This document shows, in pieces, positions 52,411-64,000 of a DNA stretch of 64,000 nucleotides. Origin of the DNA: Kofleriaceae bacterium (GTDB taxonomy: Bacteria; Myxococcota_A; Polyangia; Haliangiales; Haliangiaceae); contig CBDCCZ010000006.1 in assembly GCA_965215005.1 (NCBI GenBank), positions 96,001 through 160,000 of the forward strand. The letters run 5' to 3'. The position numbers were made by a program, and so were the translations under genes. Under the pieces are notes generated by a model. It did no database searches and was not told the DNA's origin. It saw nothing but the letters and a program-made list of their open reading frames with translations. How positions within the stretch are numbered: position 1 is the stretch's first letter; each line of letters begins with the position of its first letter.

Positions 52411-54195
52411 ATGAGCACCGGTGCCGCCATACGCTTCGTGGCCCTGCTCGGGTTGGTAGCGATGGGATGTCGCAGCGACAATCGCGACCGCTCATCGGTG
52501 CGTGCCGCGGAGCGTCCCGCGACTCCGCGGATCCTTTCGCCTGCTCACGGCCATCACACCGGCAGCGTCCGCAGCGATGCCACCGCGTTGCGACCGGTAT
52601 TTACATGGACGCCCATCGAAGCATCCAGCGTCACCTACGACCTCGACATCGATGATGGCTGTAGCCCCGGGGCGCTGCCCGTGTGTCCCTTCACGCGCCC
52701 CTTGATCCGTCAACGCGGAGTCAGCGATGACCACTGGCAACCAGACGAGCCGCTGCCGGTCAACGCTGAGTTACCAATTGGACGGCGCTACTTCTGGCGT
52801 CTACGCGCGTGCATCAAAGCGAGCTGCTCACCGTGGACCCGCGTGCGGTCGCTGGAGGTCGGTCGCACGCGTGGCGACCTCAATGGCGACGGCTATTCCG
52901 ACGTCGTAGTGAGCGCGCCACTCATCGACAACGGCGGCCGCGATCGCGGCAGCGTCTTCGTCTACTACGGTACGTCTACGGGGATTGGGATCAGCCGACG
53001 CCTCGATGAGCCTGGCGATGGCGACGAAGCGACCTTTGGCGTATCCGTGGCGATCGCCGGCGATGTTGATGGCGATGGGTTTGCGGATCTGCTTGTTGGT
53101 GCCGCCGGTGCCCGTGAGGCGCGTGGCGCCGTCCACGTCTTCTACGGCTCGGCAACTGGCGTGTCACCGCAGCGCACCACGCGGCTGGCCGACCGCGCAG
53201 GCGTCACCGCCGATTGGTTCGGCGCTGCAGTGGCCAGCGCTGGCGATGTCGACGCCGACGGCTTTGCAGACATTCTCGTCGGTGCCAGCGGCACTGATCG
53301 TGCGGCGACCGATGTCGGGGTTGCCCACGTGTACCGCGGCGGACCCGAGGGCATTGATCGTGAACCATTGATGATTGCCGTGCCTTCACCGAGCGACTTC
53401 GACCACTTCGCCTTCGCCCTTACCGGCGCCGGTGACGTCGATGGCGATGGCTACGACGACATCGCCATTGGCAGTCCGGGAATCGACGTTGCGGGCGAAA
53501 TTCGCGGCGTCGATCGCGGCGCTGTGTACATTTTCTACGGCTCTAGCGACGGCGTGCTTCGCACCGCCGCGCGCCGTCTCGAGGCTCCGGTTCCACTCGA
53601 TGATGACCACTTCGGCTATGCGGTCGCCGGTGCCGGCGATCTCGACGCCGACGGGTTCGCGGACGTCGTCGTAGGCGCGCCGGGCTCCGATGAAGCGCTC
53701 TCCGATAGCGGCACGGTCTATGTGTTTCGCGGCGGCCCGCGCGGCGCCGCCGAAAGCGCCACCGTGCTCCACGACTTGCGGGTCGAGCTCTACGATCGCT
53801 TTGGTACGGCAGTGGCTGGCGTGGGAGACGTTGATCGCGACGGCTACAGCGACATCGCGGTGGGCACCAGCGGCTCTAACCGTGGCCGCGGGCTGATCTA
53901 CCGTGGCGGGCCCGAGGGCGTCGCGGGGCGACCGACCTCGGTGCTCATCGATCCCCTGGGAAACGGCCGCAATGGCTTCGCCGCGGCTTTGGCGGGGGCA
54001 GGCGACGTCAACGGCGACGGCTACGACGACCTCGTCGTAGGTGCCGCTGGCGCCGCAAACGGCGGCGTGTTCCGCGGCAGCGTGCTGCTCTATCCCGGCC
54101 ATCCCACCGGCATCGATCACCGCTCGCCGCTGCGCCTCGACGATCCCGACGAGGGCCATCACGATCACTATGGTCGCAGCGTCGCTGGACGCTGA
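52411..54195 (+). CDS. FG-GAP (integrin-alpha-like beta-propeller) repeat lipoprotein
   Basis: LVAMGC lipobox; FN3-like YFWRLRAC; seven GDxxxDG(Y/F)xD repeats with FG and GAP-like motifs; AAGGAAGG RBS. Confidence 0.88.
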   Translation: MSTGAAIRFVALLGLVAMGCRSDNRDRSSVRAAERPATPRILSPAHGHHTGSVRSDATALRPVFTWTPIEASSVTYDLDIDDGCSPGALPVCPFTRPLIRQRGVSDDHWQPDEPLPVNAELPIGRRYFWRLRACIKASCSPWTRVRSLEVGRTRGDLNGDGYSDVVVSAPLIDNGGRDRGSVFVYYGTSTGIGISRRLDEPGDGDEATFGVSVAIAGDVDGDGFADLLVGAAGAREARGAVHVFYGSATGVSPQRTTRLADRAGVTADWFGAAVASAGDVDADGFADILVGASGTDRAATDVGVAHVYRGGPEGIDREPLMIAVPSPSDFDHFAFALTGAGDVDGDGYDDIAIGSPGIDVAGEIRGVDRGAVYIFYGSSDGVLRTAARRLEAPVPLDDDHFGYAVAGAGDLDADGFADVVVGAPGSDEALSDSGTVYVFRGGPRGAAESATVLHDLRVELYDRFGTAVAGVGDVDRDGYSDIAVGTSGSNRGRGLIYRGGPEGVAGRPTSVLIDPLGNGRNGFAAALAGAGDVNGDGYDDLVVGAAGAANGGVFRGSVLLYPGHPTGIDHRSPLRLDDPDEGHHDHYGRSVAGR

Positions 54196-54236
54196 GCGCC
54201 GGCGCGACACGATCGCGCCGGTCACCAACGGCGGAG

Positions 54237-55259
54237 CTACTCGAAGGGCTGCTCAATGGCAGGCTCGCCCGCGAGCGCCTCGATGTGCTCCCAGTAATTC
54301 TCGCCGAGATCCACGGTGCCACTGGTGCCGCCGCGCTCCCCGACGATGAACGTCTGCTCTTTGGGAATTTGCGCGCGCTCGTACGCCTCGATGTCGGTGG
54401 CAGCATTGCCGTAGGCAGCTTCGAGCTGATAGCCGCGCGCTGTGACTGAGGCCAGATAGTTGGCCTTGTAGTCAGCATTGGCACCTGGCCACAACACGTC
54501 TTCTACCCGGTCATTGACGTGAAGCGTGCCGCGCGGAAAGCCGAGCTCACTCAGCCACTCACGCGTCACCTCGGTGAGCAAGTACGAGCGCGCGGTGAGG
54601 TAAATGATCTCGTAGTTCTGCCCGTAGTGACGCGCTTCGGTGACCTCCAGCGCCCCAGCCCGCGCCTGCGGCACGTAATCGCCGTTGAAGATATCGACGA
54701 CGACCTGGCCGACCACCTCGAGGTCGCTTTGCGTGAGGGTCGCGTCGATGTCGAAAACAACGAACTTCGTGCCCTCGGGATAGACTCGCAGCACCGATCT
54801 CGCCGCCGTGTTGTCGCCCATCACCCGCAGGTAGAGGTTGTATTCGCCCACGGCAGGCAGCTCGGTGAGCGGCAGGTCGACGCGGCCGTCGCCATTGGTG
54901 CGCGCGTAGCCTAGAAGCGCGTAGCCGCCCGCGCAATCGTCGATCGAGATCTCGATCCACTCGCCTTCGAGATCTTTCGAGAAGATGCCGTAGGCAAACT
55001 TTCCGGGCACTACCGCGGCTTGTCCAGGCACCGCTAGAACATCCTGGGCCGAGTGACCGGCCTCTGCCGCCGCGACCAGGTAGTTCCACCAGTGACGCCA
55101 ACGGACCGTCGGCCCCGCCGCCGGCAGCGGCGCATCGGTGCAGGACTGAAAGACCGGCTTGCCGTCAACGCCGCGGTCAGCAGAGGTGAGATCGAGCTCT
55201 TCGGCCGCGCAGCCACCAACGAACAGCGCAAGGCACATCCATAGCTTGAGACGTTTCAT
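54237..55259 (-). CDS. Lipoprotein with LNS2/PITP-type HAD domain
   Basis: FVGGC lipobox; VVFDIDATLT, IYLTAR, WLSELGFPRG, AAYGNAATDIEAY. Confidence 0.78.
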   Translation of the reverse strand: MKRLKLWMCLALFVGGCAAEELDLTSADRGVDGKPVFQSCTDAPLPAAGPTVRWRHWWNYLVAAAEAGHSAQDVLAVPGQAAVVPGKFAYGIFSKDLEGEWIEISIDDCAGGYALLGYARTNGDGRVDLPLTELPAVGEYNLYLRVMGDNTAARSVLRVYPEGTKFVVFDIDATLTQSDLEVVGQVVVDIFNGDYVPQARAGALEVTEARHYGQNYEIIYLTARSYLLTEVTREWLSELGFPRGTLHVNDRVEDVLWPGANADYKANYLASVTARGYQLEAAYGNAATDIEAYERAQIPKEQTFIVGERGGTSGTVDLGENYWEHIEALAGEPAIEQPFE

Positions 55260-55328
55260 GATTCCCTTCCCTCGCACGCCCAGCTGCGCGCGTGCCGGTG
55301 ATGTACGACGAAGGGCTCAAAAACTCAC

Positions 55329-55363
55329 CGCAACTTTGGCAACAACTTCTTGCCAAAGTTGCG
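55329..55363. promoter_or_regulatory. Perfect 14-bp inverted repeat (operator or terminator)
   Basis: CGCAACTTTGGCAA-caacttc-TTGCCAAAGTTGCG. Confidence 0.6.
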
Positions 55364-55407
55364 ACTGACGCTCCGTACGTGTGGTTGCCGAAGCGACGAT
55401 GTAGGAC

Positions 55408-56550
55408 TCAATGGCGAATCGAGTCGAGCTCGCGGAAGAAGAGCTCGATCTCTTCGTCTTTGGTATAGAAGTGCGGCGCGATGCGAATGCCAGCACGCGG
55501 CCGGTGGTCGCAAAAGAACCGCCGGCGATTGAGCTCGCGGGCGATGTCCGCGGCGCCGATGAAATCGAAGACTACGGAGCCGCCGCGGCGCTCGGGCTCG
55601 CGGGGACTGTTGAGCGTGAAGCCGCGCGCATCAATCGCCTCGAGGATCGCGCTGGTTTGGCGAAGACTCTTATCGCGAATCCTGCTGGCTCCGATCGTCG
55701 CAACGATCTCCTGCCCGGCACGGGCCTGATACAGAGCCGACACCGCCGGCGTGCCGTTCATGTAGCGCCAAATGCTCTCTGCGTAGGTCTGCTCTGGCAT
55801 CGTGAAGGCAAAGGGAGCCTCGCTGGCAAACCAGCCGGTGACCCGCGGCGAAAACTTCTCGATCAAGTCTTTGCGCACATAAAGGTAGGCTGCGCCGGCG
55901 CCGCCGCAGAGGTACTTCACCGAGCCGCCGCACGCGAACGAGGTTCCCAGATCGACGACATCGACCGGAATGGTGCCCACCGATTGATAACAATCCAGGA
56001 TCACGTGAGCGCCCACAGAGGCTGCCTTTTGGCAAATCGCCTTGGCGTCTTGGATGTAAGCGCTGGAGAAGATCACGTGAGATACCGGCACTGCCACCGT
56101 GCGCTCATCGATCGCCGCCAGCAACGACTCTGTGTCGATGGTGATACCGTCTTTCGACGGCACGATCTCGCACACCGCGCCGCGACGCTCCTCCGCCTTC
56201 CACACATACGAAACCGTGGGGAACTGGAGCGCGGAGTAAACGATCTTGTTGCGCTCGGGGGTGTACTCGAAGCACGAGGCGAGTACCGCCTGCACCTGCG
56301 ACACGTTGGTGTGCATGATGACGGTGCCGCGAGGCGCGCTGAGCAACTTCTCGATGCGGCCGGCGGCGCGGTCGACTTCAGGAAGCCACTCGTCCCACGC
56401 GGTGATCGACCCCTTGGCCCACAACTCGAGGAGCTCGTTCATGTCCTCTCGGGTGCGGTCGGGCATGCACCCTAGCGAATGAGAGATCAGATGCACGCAG
56501 CTCTCCAGCGCGGAGAATTGCTTGCGCCACTCGAGGAGCTCGTCGGTCAT
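55408..56550 (-). CDS. Kynureninase-like class V aminotransferase
   Basis: HLISHSLGCMP, ILDCYQSVG, GGSVKYLCGGAG (PLP lysine), GWF, RIAPHFY. Confidence 0.85.
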   Translation of the reverse strand: MTDELLEWRKQFSALESCVHLISHSLGCMPDRTREDMNELLELWAKGSITAWDEWLPEVDRAAGRIEKLLSAPRGTVIMHTNVSQVQAVLASCFEYTPERNKIVYSALQFPTVSYVWKAEERRGAVCEIVPSKDGITIDTESLLAAIDERTVAVPVSHVIFSSAYIQDAKAICQKAASVGAHVILDCYQSVGTIPVDVVDLGTSFACGGSVKYLCGGAGAAYLYVRKDLIEKFSPRVTGWFASEAPFAFTMPEQTYAESIWRYMNGTPAVSALYQARAGQEIVATIGASRIRDKSLRQTSAILEAIDARGFTLNSPREPERRGGSVVFDFIGAADIARELNRRRFFCDHRPRAGIRIAPHFYTKDEEIELFFRELDSIRH

Positions 56551-56704
56551 GTCGCGTCCTTTTGCGGAGAGGAGGTCCCGGCGCCGAGCGCCGCGGCTCG
56601 GCCCCGAGCGCGCCTCAGCTCGTGTATCACATCCATTGCAGCCAATTCACGGTTGCCGACCGCGAATCGGAAGTAACCGTAAAAATTGCCAAATACGGCA
56701 ATTC

Positions 56705-56754
56705 TTAGCACTCTGCTCACAGGGGTTGCCAAGCCAGCGCTGCGTGGCTATGTA
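56705..56754 (+). promoter_or_regulatory. Degenerate CIRCE-like element overlapping a sigma-70-like groES promoter
   Basis: Perfect left arm TTAGCACTC (56705-56713), imperfect right arm GGTTGCCAA after 10 nt; TTGCCA-17nt-TATGTA. Confidence 0.55.
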
Positions 56755-56820
56755 GAGGGCCACTTCTCACCAAGCAGCAAGTTTTTGACTCGACACCCTG
56801 TGAACCACGGGAGGTAACCC

Positions 56821-57111
<291 letters not shown>

Positions 57112-57126
57112 GGAAGGATCCTACCG

Positions 57127-58791
<1,665 letters not shown>

Positions 58792-58813
58792 GCCCGCACC
58801 CTCATCGCTCAAC

Positions 58814-58849
58814 GAAGGCCGGAGGCGCTGTCTCCGGCCTTTCCTATTT
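58814..58849 (+). terminator. Rho-independent terminator after groEL
   Basis: AAGGCCGGAGGC-gct-GTCTCCGGCCTT stem followed by a T-rich tail. Confidence 0.75.
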
Positions 58850-60009
58850 GCGCGTTTTGCTCACAGCAAAGGTCCTGCCCTTCTGCTGCTCGAGCAGAGG
58901 CGCTCGCTCATCCATCTCTGTGGTAGGGTGCCGGCGTTGACGCAGCGAGTATCGCCAGAGCCGGCCGAGGTTGCCGCCCGCGTCGTAGCTCACTATCGCG
59001 CCATGCAGCGTGATCTGCCGTGGCGACGCGGCGTCGATCCCTACGCCACTTGGGTCTCAGAGATCATGCTGCAGCAGACGCGCGTCGCTGCGGTCGTGCC
59101 GTATTTCGAGCGCTGGCTGGCTCGCTTTCCCACCGTAACCGCGCTCGCCGAAGCGCCGCTCGACGACGTGTTAGGCCACTGGGCAGGTCTTGGCTATTAC
59201 TCGCGCGCGCGCAATTTGCACAAAGGCGCCCGCGAGGTTCTCGCCCGCTACGGCGGCGAGCTGCCGGCCGCGGCAGAAGACCTCCAGTCCCTTCCCGGCA
59301 TCGGTCGCTACACCGCCGGCGCAATCTCCTCCATCGCCTTTGGCCGGCGCGCGCCGCTCGTCGATGGCAACGTCGCACGCGTGCTCGCGCGGTTCTATGT
59401 CATCGACGACGACATCAAGTCGAGCAGCGCACAAAAACGCCTCTGGGCACTCGCGGACGAGCTCGTTCCCGCCGACGCGCCAGGCGACTTCAATCAAGGA
59501 CTGATGGAGCTCGGAGCCACCGTCTGCACGCCAACGCGACCGGCTTGCATCGCGTGTCCCCTCCAGGACATGTGCGCTGCACGTGCGCAGGGACGGCAAA
59601 CCGAGCTCCCCGTCATGCCGGCGCGCAAACGACGCCAAGATAAGCCCCTTCTCGAGCTTCACGCGGCGTGGGTCGAGCGCGACGGCATGCTGCTCATGGC
59701 GCGGCGCCGGCAGGAAGGGCTGTATGGCGGCCTCTGGGAGCTTCCTGCCGCAGTCGACATTTCGGCTCTGCAGCAGCTCGTGGATTGCGCGGAGGCGAGC
59801 GCGGCGGCGCCGGTGTGGGAGCACCACCAGGAGCTCAGTCACCGCCGGCTCGTCATCGTGGTGCACGTGATCGGCGCTGGTCAACCGTCGCTCGGCGCCG
59901 ACCACAGCATCTACGAAACGCTTGCCTGGCAACCGATCGACCCGAAGACGCGGCTCGGCATCTCCTCAGCCACCGCCGCGATCATTGTGCAGTACACGGA
60001 GCAACGCGG

Positions 60010-60615
<606 letters not shown>

Positions 60616-60755
60616 GCGGCTACCGGGGCCGCGGGGATCGCGGCTCACACGCGCAAGCTCGCTCACGTCGCTGCGTGCAACCCGCGAAGGCGCCTCGTTG
60701 TTCCCACTGCAGCGCCTTTCTGAGGTAGCGTCCGACTCGGCAGCCGAGATACTGC

Positions 60756-62441
60756 ATGAAGGAATCGTTCATTCAGCTGCAGCGCCTGGCGCGGAGCTTC
60801 GACGATGCAGCACGCGCTGCTCTTGGCCAACGTCAAGAAGAGCGTATGCTGCGCTTCATCGACCAGCTCGGCCCTGTGGCTCTCCCGCTTTGCCTCCGCG
60901 AGCTCGGTGCTGGTGAAGCGCGAGCGGCATGGGCGGCACGACTATTGGCTCACCTCGCCAAGCGCCATCACGAGCGCGTTGTCGCGGCGCTGCACCAGCT
61001 GCTTCAATCGCCCGCTCAACCTGCAGAGCCGCAGCTGCACGCGGTCGCGCTCCTGGTCGAGTTGGTCACCGCCGATCACACCAAGCCGCAAGCGATCAGC
61101 ATTGAGTCACTGGCAGAGCAGCTTCAGCATGCCCAGGACGCTGCAGCAATTGCCGGCGCGTTTCTCGACCAGCTCGACGACGATGAGCTGCTCGCAATGC
61201 TCGACGCGTTTTCGTTGCGCGCACCGCGCAAGGCCCTGGCACTGCTCGACGAATTCCTTCTTCGCGACCAACTTTCCGAAGACTGCCGCAGGGCGATGCG
61301 CCACTTAGCTGCGCCGTTGCGCGTGCGCGGTCGCAGCTCGCGCTTGCCGTCCTGCCGCGCGGCTCGCCCCATCGACGTGCGAATCGGCCGACACCCAAGC
61401 GGTCGCTCCTTGGTGGTAGCATTGCGGGGCGGCGCGCGGCGCGCGTTGTGCGTGCTCATGAGTCGCGAGGGTTTGCTCCTCGATGCGCTTTACAGCAGCA
61501 CCTTGCCGCTCGCGAGCATCGAGCGCGAGATTCTCATCCCGCTCGCCGCGGAGGGCTACATCATTGCTGCAGCGCCACCTGCCGAAGGCGCCGCCACCGT
61601 AGCCAGCGCAAGCCTGGCCACCAGGCGAGCAGGACGGCCACTGCCGCCCGCCTACTTTCTTGGTCGCGACCTGCTCGGCCTCTACGACGAGCACATGCTC
61701 CTCGCTCACCGACAGCTCGAGACCGCCCACGAGGCGCTTCTGGCGCGCGGCATCGAGCTTCTCAGCCGCGGCGAAGCGCTTCGCGCGCAACCGGTGCTCG
61801 AGCGCTACTCCGCAGCGTGCCCGAGCGATGCCGAAGGCGCCGCAGCGCTCGCGGCCTGCTTACTGGTACAAGGCCAACACTCTGCGGCCACGCCCCACCT
61901 TCGCCGCGCCGTGAGTCTGGAACCGACCGAGCCCGCGCATCGCTGGAATTTGGCCGCGGCCGCGCACAAAGAAGCGCGGCTCGGCGGCTGCTACTTGGCG
62001 TTGTGCGAGTTTCTTCGCCTCAGCCATCGCGCTCACGAACAAACCGCCGAGCATCGCGAGCGACGGGCGATGGCGCACGCCGTGGTGCGTGAATACGAGC
62101 GCCTCGCCCGGCTCGAGCACTGCGGCGCCGCTCCATGCTCAGTCGCCCACGCCGACGAGCACGTTCACCGAGCGCGCGACGCGCATCGCGCCGGCCGAGT
62201 CGACGAAGCGGAGCACGCACTTCGCGCCGCGCTCGCGCTCGTTCCCGAGCATGCCACCGCATGGAGCCAGTTGGCGGCCGCGCGGTTATCGGCGGGCGAC
62301 GTCGAGGCCGCCTCGAGTGCTGCCGAGCGCGCGCTAGTGCTGCGTCCAACCGACGCCCTCGCCCACCGCGTTTGCCTCGAGCTAGCCAGCCTGGTATCGG
62401 GTGAGGGCACCGCCCCCACAGCCGGGCCCGCTCACGGTTGA
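60756..62441 (+). CDS. TPR-containing hypothetical protein
   Basis: TPR-like units (LRRAVSLEP...WNLA; ALALVPEHATAWSQLA; ALVLRP). Confidence 0.65.
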   Translation: MKESFIQLQRLARSFDDAARAALGQRQEERMLRFIDQLGPVALPLCLRELGAGEARAAWAARLLAHLAKRHHERVVAALHQLLQSPAQPAEPQLHAVALLVELVTADHTKPQAISIESLAEQLQHAQDAAAIAGAFLDQLDDDELLAMLDAFSLRAPRKALALLDEFLLRDQLSEDCRRAMRHLAAPLRVRGRSSRLPSCRAARPIDVRIGRHPSGRSLVVALRGGARRALCVLMSREGLLLDALYSSTLPLASIEREILIPLAAEGYIIAAAPPAEGAATVASASLATRRAGRPLPPAYFLGRDLLGLYDEHMLLAHRQLETAHEALLARGIELLSRGEALRAQPVLERYSAACPSDAEGAAALAACLLVQGQHSAATPHLRRAVSLEPTEPAHRWNLAAAAHKEARLGGCYLALCEFLRLSHRAHEQTAEHRERRAMAHAVVREYERLARLEHCGAAPCSVAHADEHVHRARDAHRAGRVDEAEHALRAALALVPEHATAWSQLAAARLSAGDVEAASSAAERALVLRPTDALAHRVCLELASLVSGEGTAPTAGPAHG

Positions 62442-62456
62442 CCGCTCACGCTTAAA

Positions 62457-64000
62457 TCAATACGGCGCATCCTCGAGGTGGCCCCAGGCCGGATCTCCGA
62501 AGGCGATGGGCGCCGACAGCGCGACCTCAGGAATGCCGAATGCCTCGACCAGCGCGATTGCCTCTTGGGCGACCTCGGCGCACAGCAATTCGACCTCCTT
62601 GCGTACGCCGCGCGCTTTGCGCGCTTCGAAGTAGCCATTCTCGAGAAACCAGGCAGCGTGCTCTTCGAGCCGACTGAGGCCGTATAGATCCACCAACCGC
62701 TCGAGAGCCGCACGCTCGGCGCCCTCGGCCAGCTCAGCCACGCCTTCGCAGAACGACTCGAAGATGAAGTGATCGACGTGGGCGCGCGCCATCGCGAGCA
62801 GATGATTTTGCACCGCGCCAGCCGCTTCGAAGGTGGTGGCGCCGTCGGCGACCCGCCGCCGGATGCGCCGCGCCGCCGACTCCAGCAGCGAGGTGGCGCG
62901 ACGTTCGATGAGACCACCGACGAAGTCTCGATCGCGTAGGTGCTCACCGTCTGAGCGGCGCACACGCAGCGGATTGCGATCGACGAGCGAGGTGGCTCGC
63001 TGCGTCACCAGGCGAATCAGTGAGCTCACTGGCGCATCTTCGAATTGGCTCTTGAAATCCGACAGCAGCGACTTGGCGACCAGCTGCAAAAGCACGACGT
63101 TGTCCCCTTCGAAGGTGGCAAATACATCGCAGTCGGCGCGCACCACGCCGATGCGATTCACGGCGAGATAGCCCTGGCCGCCGCAAGCTTCCCGGCAGGC
63201 TTGCAATGTGTCATTGGCGTGCCAGGTACTCGCTGTCTTGATTCCCGCTGCCGTCGCTTCGGCGCGACGCGCGTTGTCTTCGTCTCCGCGCACCAAGAGC
63301 TGCTCTCGGGCGCGGCTGACGGCAAAATGCATGGCGTAAGTCGCCGCCAAGCGCGGCATCAGGCGCCGTTGATGTGCGGGGTAGTCGAGCAAGCGCTGCT
63401 CCGCGACGCCTGGCGGGCCAAACTGTCGCCGAGCGGCAGCGTAGCGCAAGGCGACAGTCATGCCGACCTTGGCGGCGCTCACCGCCGCGGCTGCCACGCT
63501 CACGCGCCCCCACACTAGATTGCCGAGCATCGTGAAGAAGCGTCTCGAGGCGCTGGGGATGTCGCTGTGATAGCCGGCGTCGTCGATCATGGCATAGCGC
63601 CCGAGTAGCCTATCGCGCGGCACGCGCACCTTATCGAACCAAAGGCGCCCGTTATCCACTCCATGGAGCCCGAGCTTTTCACCGTTGTCGACCGCCCGCA
63701 CCCCCGGCAGCAGCTCACCCTCAGAATCTCGAATCGGCACTAAGATCGGATGAACACCGTGATTCCGGCCGTCCACCTCGAGCTGGGCGAATACGGTGGC
63801 CATTCGGGCATCACGGGCGGCGCCGCCAACGTAGTCTTTGCGAGCGCCCTCGCTCGGAGTCTGGATTTCGAGCTCCTTGGTTTGAGGCAGATATCGCGCC
63901 GTAGTCTCGAGCTCTGCCACGTTGGAGCCGTGGCCGGTCTCGGACATCGCAAAGCAGCCCAACAGCTCGCCATGCGCCACCGCATCTAGCAGCTCGCGAC
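62457..64000 (-). CDS. Acyl-CoA oxidase/dehydrogenase, 5'-truncated by window edge
   Basis: GCFAMSETGHGSNV, KLGLHGVDNG, RRQFG, CREACGGQGY, TFEGDNVVL. Confidence 0.92.
   Translation of the reverse strand, partial: RELLDAVAHGELLGCFAMSETGHGSNVAELETTARYLPQTKELEIQTPSEGARKDYVGGAARDARMATVFAQLEVDGRNHGVHPILVPIRDSEGELLPGVRAVDNGEKLGLHGVDNGRLWFDKVRVPRDRLLGRYAMIDDAGYHSDIPSASRRFFTMLGNLVWGRVSVAAAAVSAAKVGMTVALRYAAARRQFGPPGVAEQRLLDYPAHQRRLMPRLAATYAMHFAVSRAREQLLVRGDEDNARRAEATAAGIKTASTWHANDTLQACREACGGQGYLAVNRIGVVRADCDVFATFEGDNVVLLQLVAKSLLSDFKSQFEDAPVSSLIRLVTQRATSLVDRNPLRVRRSDGEHLRDRDFVGGLIERRATSLLESAARRIRRRVADGATTFEAAGAVQNHLLAMARAHVDHFIFESFCEGVAELAEGAERAALERLVDLYGLSRLEEHAAWFLENGYFEARKARGVRKEVELLCAEVAQEAIALVEAFGIPEVALSAPIAFGDPAWGHLEDAPY

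Overview
High-GC bacterial chromosomal window whose gene content points to a myxobacterium (Myxococcota): a MYXO-CTERM-type sorting tag, three Ser/Thr kinases, a sigma-54 enhancer-binding protein, many lipoproteins and an FG-GAP protein. This is an inference from gene content, not a database result. About 50 CDSs are present, mostly housekeeping or signalling (exbB/exbD-like, purK-purE, cysD, pyrR-pyrB, fabI, lolC/E-like, hppA, tatA, mltD-like, moeA, rluA-family, groES-groEL, mutY, folE, acyl-CoA oxidase). No rRNA, tRNA, CRISPR array or transposase was recognised. Main highlights: (1) a cobalamin-binding-type radical SAM gene whose apparent UGA stop looks like a selenocysteine codon (tail WFC-U-SEP, SECIS-like hairpin, next stop 1 nt from the convergent gene), clustered with yggX, an ATP-grasp ligase and a D-cysteine-desulfhydrase-family PLP enzyme; (2) a compositionally distinct island with a dabA remnant, purK-purE-cysD and an in-frame CysN-BioD fusion where CysC normally sits; (3) a ~2060-aa Asp-rich surface protein with an internal MYXO-CTERM tag followed by a second signal peptide and a beta-barrel-like domain, resembling a two-product polyprotein. 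All family assignments are motif recognition from memory; no searches were run.
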